64,000 bases of DNA from Marispirochaeta sp. GTDB taxonomy: Bacteria > Spirochaetota > Spirochaetia > JC444 > Marispirochaetaceae. Location: assembly GCA_963676835.2 (NCBI GenBank), contig CAXXFF010000002.1, positions 512,001 through 576,000 of the forward strand, given 5' to 3'. This document shows positions 30,897-41,445 of this stretch, one piece after another. Below the pieces are notes generated by a model that ran no database searches, was not told where the DNA came from, and saw only the letters and a list, made by a program, of their open reading frames with translations. Position 1 is the stretch's first letter. Each line of letters opens with the position of its first letter. A program made the position numbers and the translations under genes.

Positions 30897-31598
30897 TCAA
30901 GTTTTTATCTTTTCAAGCTCAATACCATGATGTTCTTCATCCACCAGCTTCCGTCCCAGAATTGAATCAAACCGGCTTATATCAAGACAATAGTAAAGAT
31001 CCGTGGCTGGAGCAAATCCGGTTTCGCTAAAACCTTTACCACTGCCTTTTCTCAAGCGGATAAAAACATCTTCAAAATCACAGGGCTCTCCTGTTATTTT
31101 TTTCTTCAGATAATCTGCATATAAATAGTCCTCTTCTCCGAACATCTGTTCAGGAAGAGCGGTACCGTAAATATTTACCTTATCTATCTTCTTCGCATGA
31201 ATGTAATCAATTATCGCCTGAAGATTTACAAAACTGCCAACAACCACTTCATTCTGTTCCGGCTGCAGAAGCAGGCCTTTGGTGCCGGCGGTGGTCGTAT
31301 GCACGACAGTTTTTCCGGAAAAATCCCTGCCGGTAATCTCTGTAGGACTGTTGCCGTAATCAAAACCGTCAATCTTTATACCCTGACGTTCACCAATGAG
31401 AAGAACATCCTCATAGCGCGCCTTCAGCTCCTGGGAATGCTCAATACTCTCTGAGATTATGTATTTTGCCGGGTTGTTTGCCAGAATATAATAGGAGACG
31501 GAAAAAGCCCGAAATACATCAACAACAACAGTAAACCCACGAATCGCCGAAGCGTCATCATTGGGAGAAAAGATATTAACTTCAACAGGCATTTGCAT
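30897..31598 (-). CDS. 2-phosphosulfolactate phosphatase (ComB) family
   Basis: VVVDVFRA, GER.G, FDYGNSP, TTAGT. Confidence 0.85.
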   Translation of the reverse strand: MQMPVEVNIFSPNDDASAIRGFTVVVDVFRAFSVSYYILANNPAKYIISESIEHSQELKARYEDVLLIGERQGIKIDGFDYGNSPTEITGRDFSGKTVVHTTTAGTKGLLLQPEQNEVVVGSFVNLQAIIDYIHAKKIDKVNIYGTALPEQMFGEEDYLYADYLKKKITGEPCDFEDVFIRLRKGSGKGFSETGFAPATDLYYCLDISRFDSILGRKLVDEEHHGIELEKIKT

Positions 31599-31666
31599 AA
31601 GGGCATAGTTGCATGAATCTTGAATTTAGTCTTCAGAAAGATTCACATATTTTTACCAATATTTTA

Positions 31667-31695
31667 TTGATAATTTTGTTTTACCCGGGTATTAT
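31667..31695 (+). promoter_or_regulatory. Promoter overlapping a palindrome, probably leaderless transcript
   Basis: TTGATA-N17-TATTAT containing TACCCGGGTA. ATG lies 6 nt after the -10. Confidence 0.5.
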
Positions 31696-31701
31696 TAGGC
31701 C

Positions 31702-32262
31702 ATGAACGAATCAGAAAGATACTCCTCCTTTATAGGAGACCGCCACCTGTTTACCGGCGACTTGAAAGGTATGCTCAGCCAAACCCATGCATATATCTCC
31801 CGTCATGGAGAAGAGGGGCTTCTCATTTTCGATAATTTCAGCGGCAGGCAGATCGATTATAATTTCAGGGTAAGCCTGGAAGAACTGCTGGGCAAAGAAC
31901 TGCCTCCAACCCCGAAAAAAGGCCCGGGACGGCCACGGCTGGGGGTTGTCTGCGGTGAGATTTCACTTCTACCCCGACACTGGGACTGGCTTCAGCGGCA
32001 GCGGCAAAGTGCATCAGCAACAATCCGGCGGCTGATTGAAGCGGCAATGAAAGAAGCCTCCCCGGAAGAAAAGACCAGAGAGGCTATCGATGCTGCAGGC
32101 AAGTTTCTCTGGACCATGGCCGGAAACCTGTCAGATTTTGAAGAAGCATCCCGGGCGTTGTACGCACAGAAATGGCATATTCTTGATGCAATCACAGCAG
32201 CCTGGCCGGAAGATATCGCAAAGCATCTGAACATGATGCTTAAGGCGACAGGCAAACAGTAG
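31702..32262 (+). CDS. DUF2239 family protein
   Basis: GRPRLGV..EISLLPRHWDWL, MAGNLSDFEEASRALY. Confidence 0.88.
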   Translation: MNESERYSSFIGDRHLFTGDLKGMLSQTHAYISRHGEEGLLIFDNFSGRQIDYNFRVSLEELLGKELPPTPKKGPGRPRLGVVCGEISLLPRHWDWLQRQRQSASATIRRLIEAAMKEASPEEKTREAIDAAGKFLWTMAGNLSDFEEASRALYAQKWHILDAITAAWPEDIAKHLNMMLKATGKQ

Positions 32263-32294
32263 ATGCGCTCGTTATACGGGCTTCACAATTTTAA

Positions 32295-32744
32295 TCAGCA
32301 GCTTTCCAGCAGGCTCTGAAGTACTCGTTCCCATGCTGCATTAAAGTAATCAAAAACAGCATCCCAGGAGGGATCATTCGGCCATCCAAGATGATGTATT
32401 TCTACCTCGGTTGACTCGTCTGTCAGAGTATTGAACAGAACGACAACCCAGGTTGGATTTACTCCTCCACGGATATCCGGGAACAGGGGAGGAGCATTCC
32501 AGGAAAAAGAGAGCATTCTCTGAGGGAGATATGAGAGAATCCTGCATCCTTCAGAACCTCTCTCTCCCGGGGGATTATCCATAAGAAAATAGATCTCAAA
32601 GGCTCCGCCGGGCACCAGTTCAACTTTATTATCAGCTCCGAAAAAGGTCTTCAAGCCCTCACTGGTGGTCCATTTATCCCATACAGCCCCGGAGGAAAGG
32701 GGGATAAGCTCAGATTTGATAATACTTCTTCGATGTTCAGCCAT
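32295..32744 (-). CDS. SRPBCC/AHSA1 domain protein
   Basis: WTTSEGL, LSFSWNAPP, HLGW. Confidence 0.8.
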   Translation of the reverse strand: MAEHRRSIIKSELIPLSSGAVWDKWTTSEGLKTFFGADNKVELVPGGAFEIYFLMDNPPGERGSEGCRILSYLPQRMLSFSWNAPPLFPDIRGGVNPTWVVVLFNTLTDESTEVEIHHLGWPNDPSWDAVFDYFNAAWERVLQSLLESC

Positions 32745-32929
32745 ATTACTCTCCTGTTCTTCTACCATCTAAAATGCTTCAGGAAAGAAGACAGGACAAG
32801 AATAATCCGCAGAAATGAGTAACGGCAGAATTCCATTCTGGAGTGTAAATGAACCAGTCGAAATCACATGGGATGGTGATTTTTCATAAGGTGTAGTAAG
32901 GTTAATCAATATTTTCGGGGAGAGTATTT

Positions 32930-34063
32930 ATGACTCTGGCAATACATTTAGACCTGCTGGTTTATTCCCTTCTCATTTCTTTATTTCTGCTCATCTACAT
33001 AACAAAAAACTACTCTTTCTCCGAGTACTCCACCGGCTTGTTTGCAGCAATTATCATTTCAACCAGTTGTGTATTGCTTCTGGAAATCTCCACCTGGCTG
33101 GTAGATGGAAATGACTCTCCGGCCATGCGTATCCTTAACTATTTGACCAACTCTGTGCTCACCTCATTAGAATATATACCGGGGTTTTTCTGGCTCCTCT
33201 ATTTCGATTACAAGATCATCGATGATTTTGAAGCCGCAAAAAAGAGAGCTCCTTTTTACCTGCTTCCAGGGGTAATTATTCTCGGCATTGTCCTTTTCTC
33301 ACTTAGAACTGGATTCCTGTTTTTTCTCCAGCCCGGCAATGTCTATACCAGAGGTCCGGGGGTCTATGCAGTCTCTGGCATCTACTATATTCAGTATATT
33401 ATTGCTTTCTTTATAGCAGTACGACACAGAAGAAACGTAAATGCCGAACTGGTTCTTTCATTGGTTGCATACTTTACCCTTCCCCTTCTGGCTATGATTC
33501 TTCAGATAGCTTTTTATGGAGCAACATTAATCTGGCCAATGTTCACCCTGGTAAACCTCATTGCCTTTATCCTGCTGGAAAAGGATGTGATGCTGCGGGA
33601 TCCTCTAACCGGTATCTATACCCGGGGCGAGTTTCAGCAGAAGGTTTTTCGTCTTATAAAAGCCAAAAAACCCTTTACCCTGATTATGTTTGATCTGGAC
33701 AAGTTTAAGGAAATAAACGATACCTACGGCCATCAGGCAGGAGATGATGCCTTAATCGAACTCGTCAGTCTGGTAACTGTGGAAAAAAGAAAAACCGATA
33801 TCTTCTGCCGATACGGTGGCGATGAGTTTATGATCCTCATGCAAAGCGACAATCCCAATGTCGGGCAGTATCTCAAAGAACGGATCGAAAACTCTGTCTT
33901 AATCCGCAACAAGTCCAGCGAAAAAGAGTATTCCCTCTTCATGAGTTTCGGAATTGTTCATGTCGGAAAAGATAATGAAAGCAGCCAACAAAAAATTCTG
34001 GAAGAAGTTGACATGCAGATGTATCAGGAAAAATCTGTCAACAGGAAGAAGCACAAGGGGTAA
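32930..34063 (+). CDS. Membrane-bound diguanylate cyclase
   Basis: About seven TM segments, DPLTG, FKEINDTYGH, RYGGDEF. Confidence 0.92.
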   Translation: MTLAIHLDLLVYSLLISLFLLIYITKNYSFSEYSTGLFAAIIISTSCVLLLEISTWLVDGNDSPAMRILNYLTNSVLTSLEYIPGFFWLLYFDYKIIDDFEAAKKRAPFYLLPGVIILGIVLFSLRTGFLFFLQPGNVYTRGPGVYAVSGIYYIQYIIAFFIAVRHRRNVNAELVLSLVAYFTLPLLAMILQIAFYGATLIWPMFTLVNLIAFILLEKDVMLRDPLTGIYTRGEFQQKVFRLIKAKKPFTLIMFDLDKFKEINDTYGHQAGDDALIELVSLVTVEKRKTDIFCRYGGDEFMILMQSDNPNVGQYLKERIENSVLIRNKSSEKEYSLFMSFGIVHVGKDNESSQQKILEEVDMQMYQEKSVNRKKHKG

Positions 34064-34081
34064 AAACACGCCCGTCAACGG

Positions 34082-34480
34082 TCAGCCCAGGGCAACGACT
34101 AAACCTGCAATAAACTGTATCAGTGCCACCGGCGCCCAGATCCGCTCTATTTTGCTCGGTGTTATGGTATTCATCACTGTCCCGAACAGGTAAAACACAA
34201 CGACAAACCAGACTGCAATTTTTGCAAAGTTCAGCATACCCGGCAGCAGAACTTCAGCACGGGTTAGAATAATACCACCCATAAACGCAAGAATCGCCAT
34301 ATTGACCAGTGCAGCAAGTCGCATTTTCGGCGGGTATTTGCCTGGAAACCTGCCGCCCATGGATGCGGATCCCCACGGCAGTCCCAGGGCAAGGCATGCC
34401 TGAAACAGAACCAGAATTCCACTGAAAAAGGCAAAAATCAGGGCTGCTATTGTCTGCATAATGATTTGTAACTCCTGCAT
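34082..34480 (-). CDS. Small membrane protein
   Basis: Four TM segments, LALGLPWG..MGG, ITPSKIER. Confidence 0.65.
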   Translation of the reverse strand: MQELQIIMQTIAALIFAFFSGILVLFQACLALGLPWGSASMGGRFPGKYPPKMRLAALVNMAILAFMGGIILTRAEVLLPGMLNFAKIAVWFVVVFYLFGTVMNTITPSKIERIWAPVALIQFIAGLVVALG

Positions 34481-34528
34481 AAAAATTACACAGGAAGTTG
34501 TACAAAATCAAATCTGGCTGGAGCTGTT

Positions 34529-34990
34529 TTACAGCCCGGAAGCCTTGCCTGTTATTTCCTTAATATCAATCCTGAGAATGGTTACTTTTGACACAGCTTT
34601 CTCAGGAATATCCCAATCATCCTTACCGGTATGCTGGGCCATAATTAGGTTAAGGGCGGCAATTTTTTCAGAGGGATCTTTAACTTCAGAAACTGTTCCG
34701 GTGGCAATTACAGAACGGAATTTAGTACCATAACCGCAGGCATTTTCGGAAGTAACCAGCTCTATGGAATCGGAAATTTCAACACATACATTATTGTTAC
34801 TGCGTATAATCTGCAGTTTCCTGCCCTCAACTGCGGTATGCAGGAAAATAGAGTTATCCTTGTACCCGTAGTTCATGGGAATCACATAAGGAAAAATACC
34901 GTCGCTTAATGCTACCCTGCAAATAGTATTGGTGGATAAAATCTCATGTATCATCTTCGGATCAGTAATCTGCTTGTCTGTTCTTCTCAT
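34529..34990 (-). CDS. Pyridoxamine 5'-phosphate oxidase / NimA-like FMN-binding protein
   Basis: MRRTDKQI, PYVIPMNY, HTAVEGRK, ITGK. Confidence 0.85.
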   Translation of the reverse strand: MRRTDKQITDPKMIHEILSTNTICRVALSDGIFPYVIPMNYGYKDNSIFLHTAVEGRKLQIIRSNNNVCVEISDSIELVTSENACGYGTKFRSVIATGTVSEVKDPSEKIAALNLIMAQHTGKDDWDIPEKAVSKVTILRIDIKEITGKASGL

Positions 34991-34991
34991 A

Positions 34992-36518
34992 TCACAACTC
35001 TTCTTTATTGCATTTATTTATCGGACGAAAAGGCTCTTTCACAATTAAAATATTTTCCTTTATTAATTTCTCAACCTTTATCATCCAGGTAGTATCAACC
35101 AGGCTTTTCAGAAAATAATTATCGTGGCTGACAAGCAAAACAGCACATTCTGATTCCTTCAGAGTCTGTTCAAGACATTCTGCAGAACCAAGATCCATAT
35201 GATTCGTTGGCTCGTCCATAATCAGAATTGCCGGGGATTGAATAAACCCTTCCGACAACATGAGTTTACGCAACTCTCCCGGACTCGGCATCCCGGACTC
35301 AATCACCCTTACGGGATCAGAACCCAACCTGTCCATTGAAGCATAAATATCCGCCTTAATATTCCCCGGAAGAGTTCTTATTCTTTGCATAAATGAAGCA
35401 GTTTCATCTGGAGGGATTTCCTGTGGAATATAAAGACATTTTTTCATTGGAACAGACTGAAGAATAAATTTAATTAAACTGGATTTTCCCGAGCCGTTTG
35501 GTCCGACAATCCCGATCCGATCCCCCGGCTTTACTTCCAGGTCAGGAAAATGAAGAGTCTTTGCGCCTATATCAACTGAACCGGATGGTATCCTGAAGAT
35601 AAAATCTGACCGCAAAGCACTATAATCAGCGTAAATCTTGAAGTCCCGCTGCTGTTTTACATTAATCCCGTCCAGTTTCTCTTCTTCCGTGATAATCCTG
35701 TTCTGTATTCTGGTAAATAACTTCCCCTGAACTGCATCACGTCCCGTCAACTTTGCCAGATCAAGCTTTGCCCTCCCATCGTGATCTTTTCGATGAAGAT
35801 TCTTTTTTGATCTATCTGAATCAGCTCTTGCAGCCAGATTCTTTTTCCGTGTCGCCTCAATCTTCAGTTTTTTTACCTTTTTCTGCAGTTGTGCCCTTGT
35901 GTGTACTGCCTCTGCATGCTCACGAGACACTTCCGTTCTACCGGATTCATAATTACCCGGTCGCAAAACAGCCCTGGGTGGATCAAGAAAAAGGCAATGC
36001 CCGGGAAGTGAATTCAGAAGCATTCTATCATGACTTACAAGAAGCCCGGTTCCACGAAAGAGGGATAAAGAATTGTACACCAACTCTCTGCTTTCAAAAT
36101 CCAGATGGTTGGTTGGCTCATCAGCCAGAAGAATGTCCGGTTCTCCGCTTAAAGCACAGGCAATCTGGAAACGGATACGCTCACCGAAACTCAGAGTATT
36201 CCATCTCTCAGCCCAGTCATTCTCTATTCCAAGAATTCCCTTTAGTCTCATGGTATGATGAGAGTAGTCGAATAAAAACTGTTCTGTTTCAGCAGGAAGA
36301 GCAATGGAATTCTGGGAGCAGTAAGCAGCTGTTCCCAAGACTGTCACACTACCGCTCAACGGCTTGAGATTGCCTGCAAGTAAATTTAAAAGAGTAGTTT
36401 TGCCGCAACCATTTTTCCCGACTACTGCAGTCCATCCGTCTGAGAATGTACAGGAAAGATTGGTAAATAATGGAGATGTGAATCCGAATGTCAGGTTATT
36501 TATAATTATACCGGTCAT
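34992..36518 (-). CDS. ABC-F family ATPase (two NBDs, no TM; possible ribosome protection)
   Basis: GKNGCGKTT and GPNGSGKSS, two DEPTNH motifs, basic interdomain linker. Confidence 0.85.
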   Translation of the reverse strand: MTGIIINNLTFGFTSPLFTNLSCTFSDGWTAVVGKNGCGKTTLLNLLAGNLKPLSGSVTVLGTAAYCSQNSIALPAETEQFLFDYSHHTMRLKGILGIENDWAERWNTLSFGERIRFQIACALSGEPDILLADEPTNHLDFESRELVYNSLSLFRGTGLLVSHDRMLLNSLPGHCLFLDPPRAVLRPGNYESGRTEVSREHAEAVHTRAQLQKKVKKLKIEATRKKNLAARADSDRSKKNLHRKDHDGRAKLDLAKLTGRDAVQGKLFTRIQNRIITEEEKLDGINVKQQRDFKIYADYSALRSDFIFRIPSGSVDIGAKTLHFPDLEVKPGDRIGIVGPNGSGKSSLIKFILQSVPMKKCLYIPQEIPPDETASFMQRIRTLPGNIKADIYASMDRLGSDPVRVIESGMPSPGELRKLMLSEGFIQSPAILIMDEPTNHMDLGSAECLEQTLKESECAVLLVSHDNYFLKSLVDTTWMIKVEKLIKENILIVKEPFRPINKCNKEEL

Positions 36519-36644
36519 AGCTTCCTCCCGAAAGCAGCAACCGGGCCTGTTTATTTAAATCTGAAATTTAATTCAGTAAGCTTGCCCGGGAAACGGATGT
36601 GCAGAAATTCACAATCGAGATAAAAATTTTTGTGAAAATCCGCC

Positions 36645-36656
36645 TTATATCCTCAT
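36645..36656 (-). promoter_or_regulatory. Three-codon leader uORF (Met-Arg-Ile) in ABC-F leader
   Basis: CAGGGGAA-ATG AGG ATA TAA followed by hairpins. Confidence 0.6.
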
Positions 36657-36691
36657 TTCCCCTGAAACTCCAGTAAGTAACTATTTCTTTC

Positions 36692-36720
36692 ACAGTAACA
36701 ACGGCAGACAATCCTGTCAA
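36692..36720 (-). promoter_or_regulatory. Sigma70 promoter of ABC-F leader
   Basis: TTGACA-N17-TACTGT with extended TGn. Confidence 0.65.
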
Positions 36721-36943
36721 TCTGATAATTCAGCAGGATGCAGTCTCAGTATCTTCTTGATTTACTCCATCTATATACTGCAGCTCCATCAAAACAGAAC
36801 ATCCCGTTTTTACAGTTTTATTTAGTACCTTTCGAAACTGATTTTCAGGAGATTTTTCCCTGAATGTTCCGGTTCTACTTTTTTCATAATACTCTCCAGC
36901 TATTTTACCCGAGCCCAGGTGAAAGCTGTAAGTTGAGATGAAT

Positions 36944-37360
36944 TTACCGAAGTATTTCTTCCAATTTATTCAATACCTGCTCATTGGCAGGTTTAATCAC
37001 AGGTAGAATTTTTTCCAGCAATTCCGGATCATCAAAAACCTGTAGAAAATTTAGAATAGAACCTGTATCAGTTCTCTCAATCGTTAATGTAACCGTAAAA
37101 TACGGCATCCCGTCATGCCGGATAATAACTTCATCAGGTTTGCTTATAGAGATGAACCTGTTTTCATTCGGATATTCTTTTCCATCCGGGCCTATCATGG
37201 TAAAAATCCATCGACCATCCTCTTTGAATTCAAAAATATCGAATTTACACGAGAACCCTTCGGGGCCCCACCATTTAGCCAGTTTTTCTTTATCCTCTAT
37301 AGCATTGAAAAGTATTTCCGGTTCTACAGGAAATTCTCTTTGACTAACAAACTGGTGCAT
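36944..37360 (-). CDS. SRPBCC/AHSA1 domain protein
   Basis: LAKWWGPEGF, MIGPDGKEYPN. Confidence 0.85.
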   Translation of the reverse strand: MHQFVSQREFPVEPEILFNAIEDKEKLAKWWGPEGFSCKFDIFEFKEDGRWIFTMIGPDGKEYPNENRFISISKPDEVIIRHDGMPYFTVTLTIERTDTGSILNFLQVFDDPELLEKILPVIKPANEQVLNKLEEILR

Positions 37361-37409
37361 AAAGTCTCCTTTATTTTTAAAGTATCCTATTCCACCTGTT
37401 TGTCAATTA

Positions 37410-37808
37410 TTATTTGCAGAAGATGAGTTCTATGATAAAAGATACCCCAATCACAGCCAGCAACAACATCACATTGATTAAGCCATAGATCACTGCTTCT
37501 TTCCGGGGAGGCTTCAGATCAAACTTTGAAGGTAAAAAATACACAATCTGGAAGAAAAGAAAAATAAATGAAGTATTTGTAACTCTGGCAAGAAAAACAC
37601 TTTTACTTTCTTTCAGATAATCAAACAGATAATAGCTTGAATCAAGTGCCATCAGAATTATACTTGCTGCAAGAACCAGAATCAGGTTCAGACCTGCCTG
37701 GAAAATAATCCAGCCTCTTATACTTCGTAATTTACTGAAGCCAGCCAGTAAGCCAATAACATAAATAATGAAAACAGCTCCGAGTAATACAGCTTCTAAC
37801 CAATGCAT
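37410..37808 (-). CDS. Hypothetical membrane protein
   Basis: Four hydrophobic segments. Confidence 0.55.
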   Translation of the reverse strand: MHWLEAVLLGAVFIIYVIGLLAGFSKLRSIRGWIIFQAGLNLILVLAASIILMALDSSYYLFDYLKESKSVFLARVTNTSFIFLFFQIVYFLPSKFDLKPPRKEAVIYGLINVMLLLAVIGVSFIIELIFCK

Positions 37809-37875
37809 TCAATAGTATCCTGCGCCGGACTTGGTATGATTTTCTTCAACTTAGACATAAGACCAGACATTCAAC

Positions 37876-38310
37876 TCACTTACAATCTGGAACATTTTTA
37901 TCTATCTGCTTCCCCATGCTGATACGTTCTTCAACTTTGTACCCATTCTTTCTATAAAATTCCTGTACATCGCTGTTTGAACTTACAACCTGAAGATTTA
38001 TCTTCATACAGCCTTTTTCAGACAGAGAGTCTTCCGCAAACTGTAAGAGCTTTGATCCGATCCCTTTATTTCTATATGCCGGTGATACCGCCAGAGAGTA
38101 AATCCACCCTCTGTGACCATCATATCCGGTCATTACAGTACCGATGACCATGGTTTCATCCATGGCAATGTAGAGCTGATCATCAATTTCCAGCTTTTTA
38201 TCTATAGATAACCCCGGTTCGTTTCTTACATCGGTATAGCCGAACACTGTTTTCCAGAGTTCAATCACCTGTTTGCGGTGCATTAAATTGTTGTATTTTT
38301 TTATGTGCAT
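37876..38310 (-). CDS. GNAT acetyltransferase (YpeA-like)
   Basis: GYDGHRGWIYSLAV, RNKGIG, KINLQV. Confidence 0.88.
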   Translation of the reverse strand: MHIKKYNNLMHRKQVIELWKTVFGYTDVRNEPGLSIDKKLEIDDQLYIAMDETMVIGTVMTGYDGHRGWIYSLAVSPAYRNKGIGSKLLQFAEDSLSEKGCMKINLQVVSSNSDVQEFYRKNGYKVEERISMGKQIDKNVPDCK

Positions 38311-38319
38311 CTTCTATAA

Positions 38320-38664
38320 TCACTCCGAAAGCACAAAATCCCCTGAAGAACTCCGTTTCAGCCTGACGATGTTGTGAACCGCCTCTTTGTTGATAGTACC
38401 ATAGATATGAGGAAACAGCTCTTCAGCTCCACTGAGGTTCTCATATACACATTTGGAATTCAGCTTCTCTTCTATAATTTCCAGAGCAATGACTTGTGAT
38501 TCGCCTCCATAATGCTTTTTCAGAACATTACTCAACTGGGTTTTCGTACAGCAATGAAGAAAATCATTCGACAACAGCTGAACCTTACCATATTCTGGAT
38601 CATCATAGTGATTATGAAACTGCTCTACAGTCAAAATATGATAAAATACTTTTTTCTTTTCCAC
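38320..38664 (-). CDS. DUF952 family protein
   Basis: YHI, FLHC, FPHIYG. Confidence 0.8.
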   Translation of the reverse strand: MEKKKVFYHILTVEQFHNHYDDPEYGKVQLLSNDFLHCCTKTQLSNVLKKHYGGESQVIALEIIEEKLNSKCVYENLSGAEELFPHIYGTINKEAVHNIVRLKRSSSGDFVLSE

Positions 38665-38725
38665 TAAGTACCTTCCTTTTTTATAACAGCATATAAGCCG
38701 CAAAGAGAATGCTGTCACAAAATGC

Positions 38726-39217
38726 TTACCCAAGAATAGAATCTCTCAAGGCAAAAATTGCATTGAAATAGAACAGACAAAAAGCAAAAAAACGTAGAAA
38801 CGAAACTGATATATTTTCAATCAGAGAAGGATTCTGGTATTTTTTATCAGACCCTATTATACAGCAAAAAAGAAGGTAAACACCGGCGTATATATAATTA
38901 TTATTTATAAAGTTTACCTGAAGAAACAAAAGAACAATGCCTGTTCCTGTGGACAATACTGCAGGGAGCCATTGAAAAATAATACCGCACAATTTAAATA
39001 TAAGTTTCTGTAATACAAAAGCCACAAAGAAGAATAAAACAAACATTATGTAGAAAAGGTACTTCGCAATATGGACCATACTGACAGACCCGATCGAAGC
39101 CGGCAAAAGTCTCAACCAGAATACCACGTATATAATAAAGGGGAGAATCAACAGTACTGCAGCTTTTCTGTTTCTAAACTGTGTAATGTCATTATCAAAA
39201 AACAATTGTGCTTTCAT
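38726..39217 (-). CDS. Hypothetical membrane protein
   Basis: Five hydrophobic segments, AT-rich. Confidence 0.5.
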   Translation of the reverse strand: MKAQLFFDNDITQFRNRKAAVLLILPFIIYVVFWLRLLPASIGSVSMVHIAKYLFYIMFVLFFFVAFVLQKLIFKLCGIIFQWLPAVLSTGTGIVLLFLQVNFINNNYIYAGVYLLFCCIIGSDKKYQNPSLIENISVSFLRFFAFCLFYFNAIFALRDSILG

Positions 39218-39253
39218 GTTTGCCTTTTTGTTAAAACATTGAAGAAAAGCAGA

Positions 39254-39619
39254 CTAAATCCAAATATCATTCGGCGCAGTTTGCGCTCCCCCGGCGTCCC
39301 CCGTATTGAGTGTTCCGGCAGGTTCGATCAAAAGAATTTTACATTCTTTTTCTGCATATGGTTTATGCTTCACCCCTTTTGGAATAACCAGCATCTCTCC
39401 TGCATGTAATGTCTTCTCTGTCTCATCAAAATCAATCCTTAAGACCCCTTCGATGACAACAAATACTTCATCAGTTTCTTTATGATCATGCCAGGTAAAA
39501 TCCCCCTCTACACGGGCAAGTTTAAAATGATAATCGTTCATTTGTGCAATAATCTTCGGAGCCCACAGATCAGAGAATAACTCAAACTTCTGCTTAAAAT
39601 TCACGACTGCATTGTTCAT
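39254..39619 (-). CDS. Cupin domain protein
   Basis: [26 protein letters not shown]. Confidence 0.88.
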   Translation of the reverse strand: MNNAVVNFKQKFELFSDLWAPKIIAQMNDYHFKLARVEGDFTWHDHKETDEVFVVIEGVLRIDFDETEKTLHAGEMLVIPKGVKHKPYAEKECKILLIEPAGTLNTGDAGGAQTAPNDIWI

Positions 39620-39699
39620 GACGTCTCCTCTATCATGGATTTACTTTTCCCATTTCTTGAACCTTTCATTCCTCCATTACTTGAAATACAAAATGGGTA

Positions 39700-40020
39700 C
39701 TATTTATTCTTCTTAGCCTTTTTTACCGGTACTTTAATAACTTTCTCAAGCTCATCTATTATTTTGAAAAAATTATCATTATCCTCAACATCAACTACGT
39801 AATGTTCCTTTGCTCCAGCATAAGGAAATCCTGTTTCTTCTTTAAGATACGGCTTAAGACAATCCAGCTTTTTTGCATACACCGTATTGTTACAGACAAG
39901 CAATATCGGTTTATCGTTTACATAAACCATATATTCCCCAAACATTTTCCTGTATCTTTTATTCCACCGATTATCAATCTGATCGTAGACAAATTCTATA
40001 AATTCTGGTGTTGTTGCCAT
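39700..40020 (-). CDS. TfoX/Sxy N-terminal domain protein
   Basis: RYRKMFGEY, PYAGAK. Confidence 0.8.
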   Translation of the reverse strand: MATTPEFIEFVYDQIDNRWNKRYRKMFGEYMVYVNDKPILLVCNNTVYAKKLDCLKPYLKEETGFPYAGAKEHYVVDVEDNDNFFKIIDELEKVIKVPVKKAKKNK

Positions 40021-40030
40021 CGTTATCTCA

Positions 40031-40423
40031 TTAATCCTTATTAAATGATCCTATCTCAATTAAGTTTCCTTCAGGATCTGCGACATAGCAAGTTCTTTGT
40101 CCCCAGGGTTCAGTGGTAGGTTCGAGTACCGAGACTGCTCCCTTACCAATGACTTCAGCGTATGTTTTATCAACGGCACTATAATTCTCAACTCCTAAGG
40201 CAATTTCAAAGTGGGCATTGAATTTCTTCACATACTCAAAACTTCTATTTACCATTTTCTCAAAATCGGTGCGTCTATAAAGCAGGAATAAAGTTCCATC
40301 TTTCTCCAGATATACATTTGTTGCATTCTCATCTTCTTTTATATTAAATCCAAGAACCTCTCTGTAAAAGCGTATCATCACAGTCATATCTTTCACAAAG
40401 ATTCCAAATCCTTCCAGTTTCAT
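40031..40423 (-). CDS. VOC/glyoxalase family protein
   Basis: FYREVLGF, EPWGQRT.YVADPEGNLIEI. Confidence 0.9.
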   Translation of the reverse strand: MKLEGFGIFVKDMTVMIRFYREVLGFNIKEDENATNVYLEKDGTLFLLYRRTDFEKMVNRSFEYVKKFNAHFEIALGVENYSAVDKTYAEVIGKGAVSVLEPTTEPWGQRTCYVADPEGNLIEIGSFNKD

Positions 40424-40495
40424 TGCTGCTCCAATCTTGTATCTTCAGAAATCTGTAAAAGGAAAATTTCATGCAGGAACGCTGTATGCTCATTA

Positions 40496-40753
40496 TCAGG
40501 AAATAGTTTTTATCAGCGTAAGTAACAGAACAATAAAAACAGGGAGCAGAATAAATACACCAACCAGAAAACTTATTAAAAACCACTTGCTTCGGTCCTT
40601 TAGTAAAGCTTCCCTTTTTCCGCTATCAAGCTCTCCGTTTAAAGATTTCCTCTGCTGAATCTCAAGCTCAATAACCTTCCAGGTGAATAAAAGAACAAGT
40701 AGAAATACTATAATTAAAAATGGTTTAGTCAAAAAAATGTAACAGAGGATCAT
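40496..40753 (-). CDS. Small hypothetical membrane protein (possibly a fragment)
   Basis: Two TM segments, same strand as neighbours. Confidence 0.35.
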   Translation of the reverse strand: MILCYIFLTKPFLIIVFLLVLLFTWKVIELEIQQRKSLNGELDSGKREALLKDRSKWFLISFLVGVFILLPVFIVLLLTLIKTIS

Positions 40754-41081
40754 CCTCTTCTTCCTCTATTAATGGCATCGAGGTGATCAAAATCACATCA
40801 CCTTCTATTTTCAGTCCATATTTTCTTAATCTGGGAGCATCCTGATTAAGACACTCTCCGCTTACCAGATTAAATTTCCATCCATGACGGGGACAGGTTG
40901 CTACATCGCCGGAAATATGCCCTCCGGTAATATCCGCCCCCTGGTGCTTACAGCCGACTTCAATGGCATAAAATTCCGAATTCCGCCCCTTGATAATGCC
41001 GACTTTTCTGCCCAATATGGTAACACTTTTTATTCGGGTATTCTTGAATTCATTAACATTGGCCGCTTTGATATAGTCCAA
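40725..41081 (-). CDS. Rieske [2Fe-2S] ferredoxin
   Basis: CKH...CPRHGWKF. Confidence 0.88.
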   Translation of the reverse strand: MDYIKAANVNEFKNTRIKSVTILGRKVGIIKGRNSEFYAIEVGCKHQGADITGGHISGDVATCPRHGWKFNLVSGECLNQDAPRLRKYGLKIEGDVILITSMPLIEEEEDDPLLHFFD

Positions 41082-41445
41082 TTCGGGTTATCCTGCCTTG
41101 TGTTTAAAGACTGTAGTAAGTAGTAAGTTTAAGTATACTATATAGAGACCATGGCTTGCGATTTTTATATGTCTTTAGTTCGGTCTTTTCCCATAATATT
41201 TCGCTGTTATACGGGGAAAAGCACCGCAAGAAGAAGAGTACCCACTCCTGTAACTATATTTGCATATATTAAATGGGGTGATACCGCCTATCCCTGTGAT
41301 AATACCGAGAAATAGCCCAGCTGCTGATTGATTTTAGAATCCGTGTGTATTCCGATGATTTCGGACAGTGATTCCGGCGGAAAACGGACAGCTGCCTGAA
41401 GGAAGTAAATCCTCGTCTTCAGTATGATCAGGTGTCCGTTTTGCG

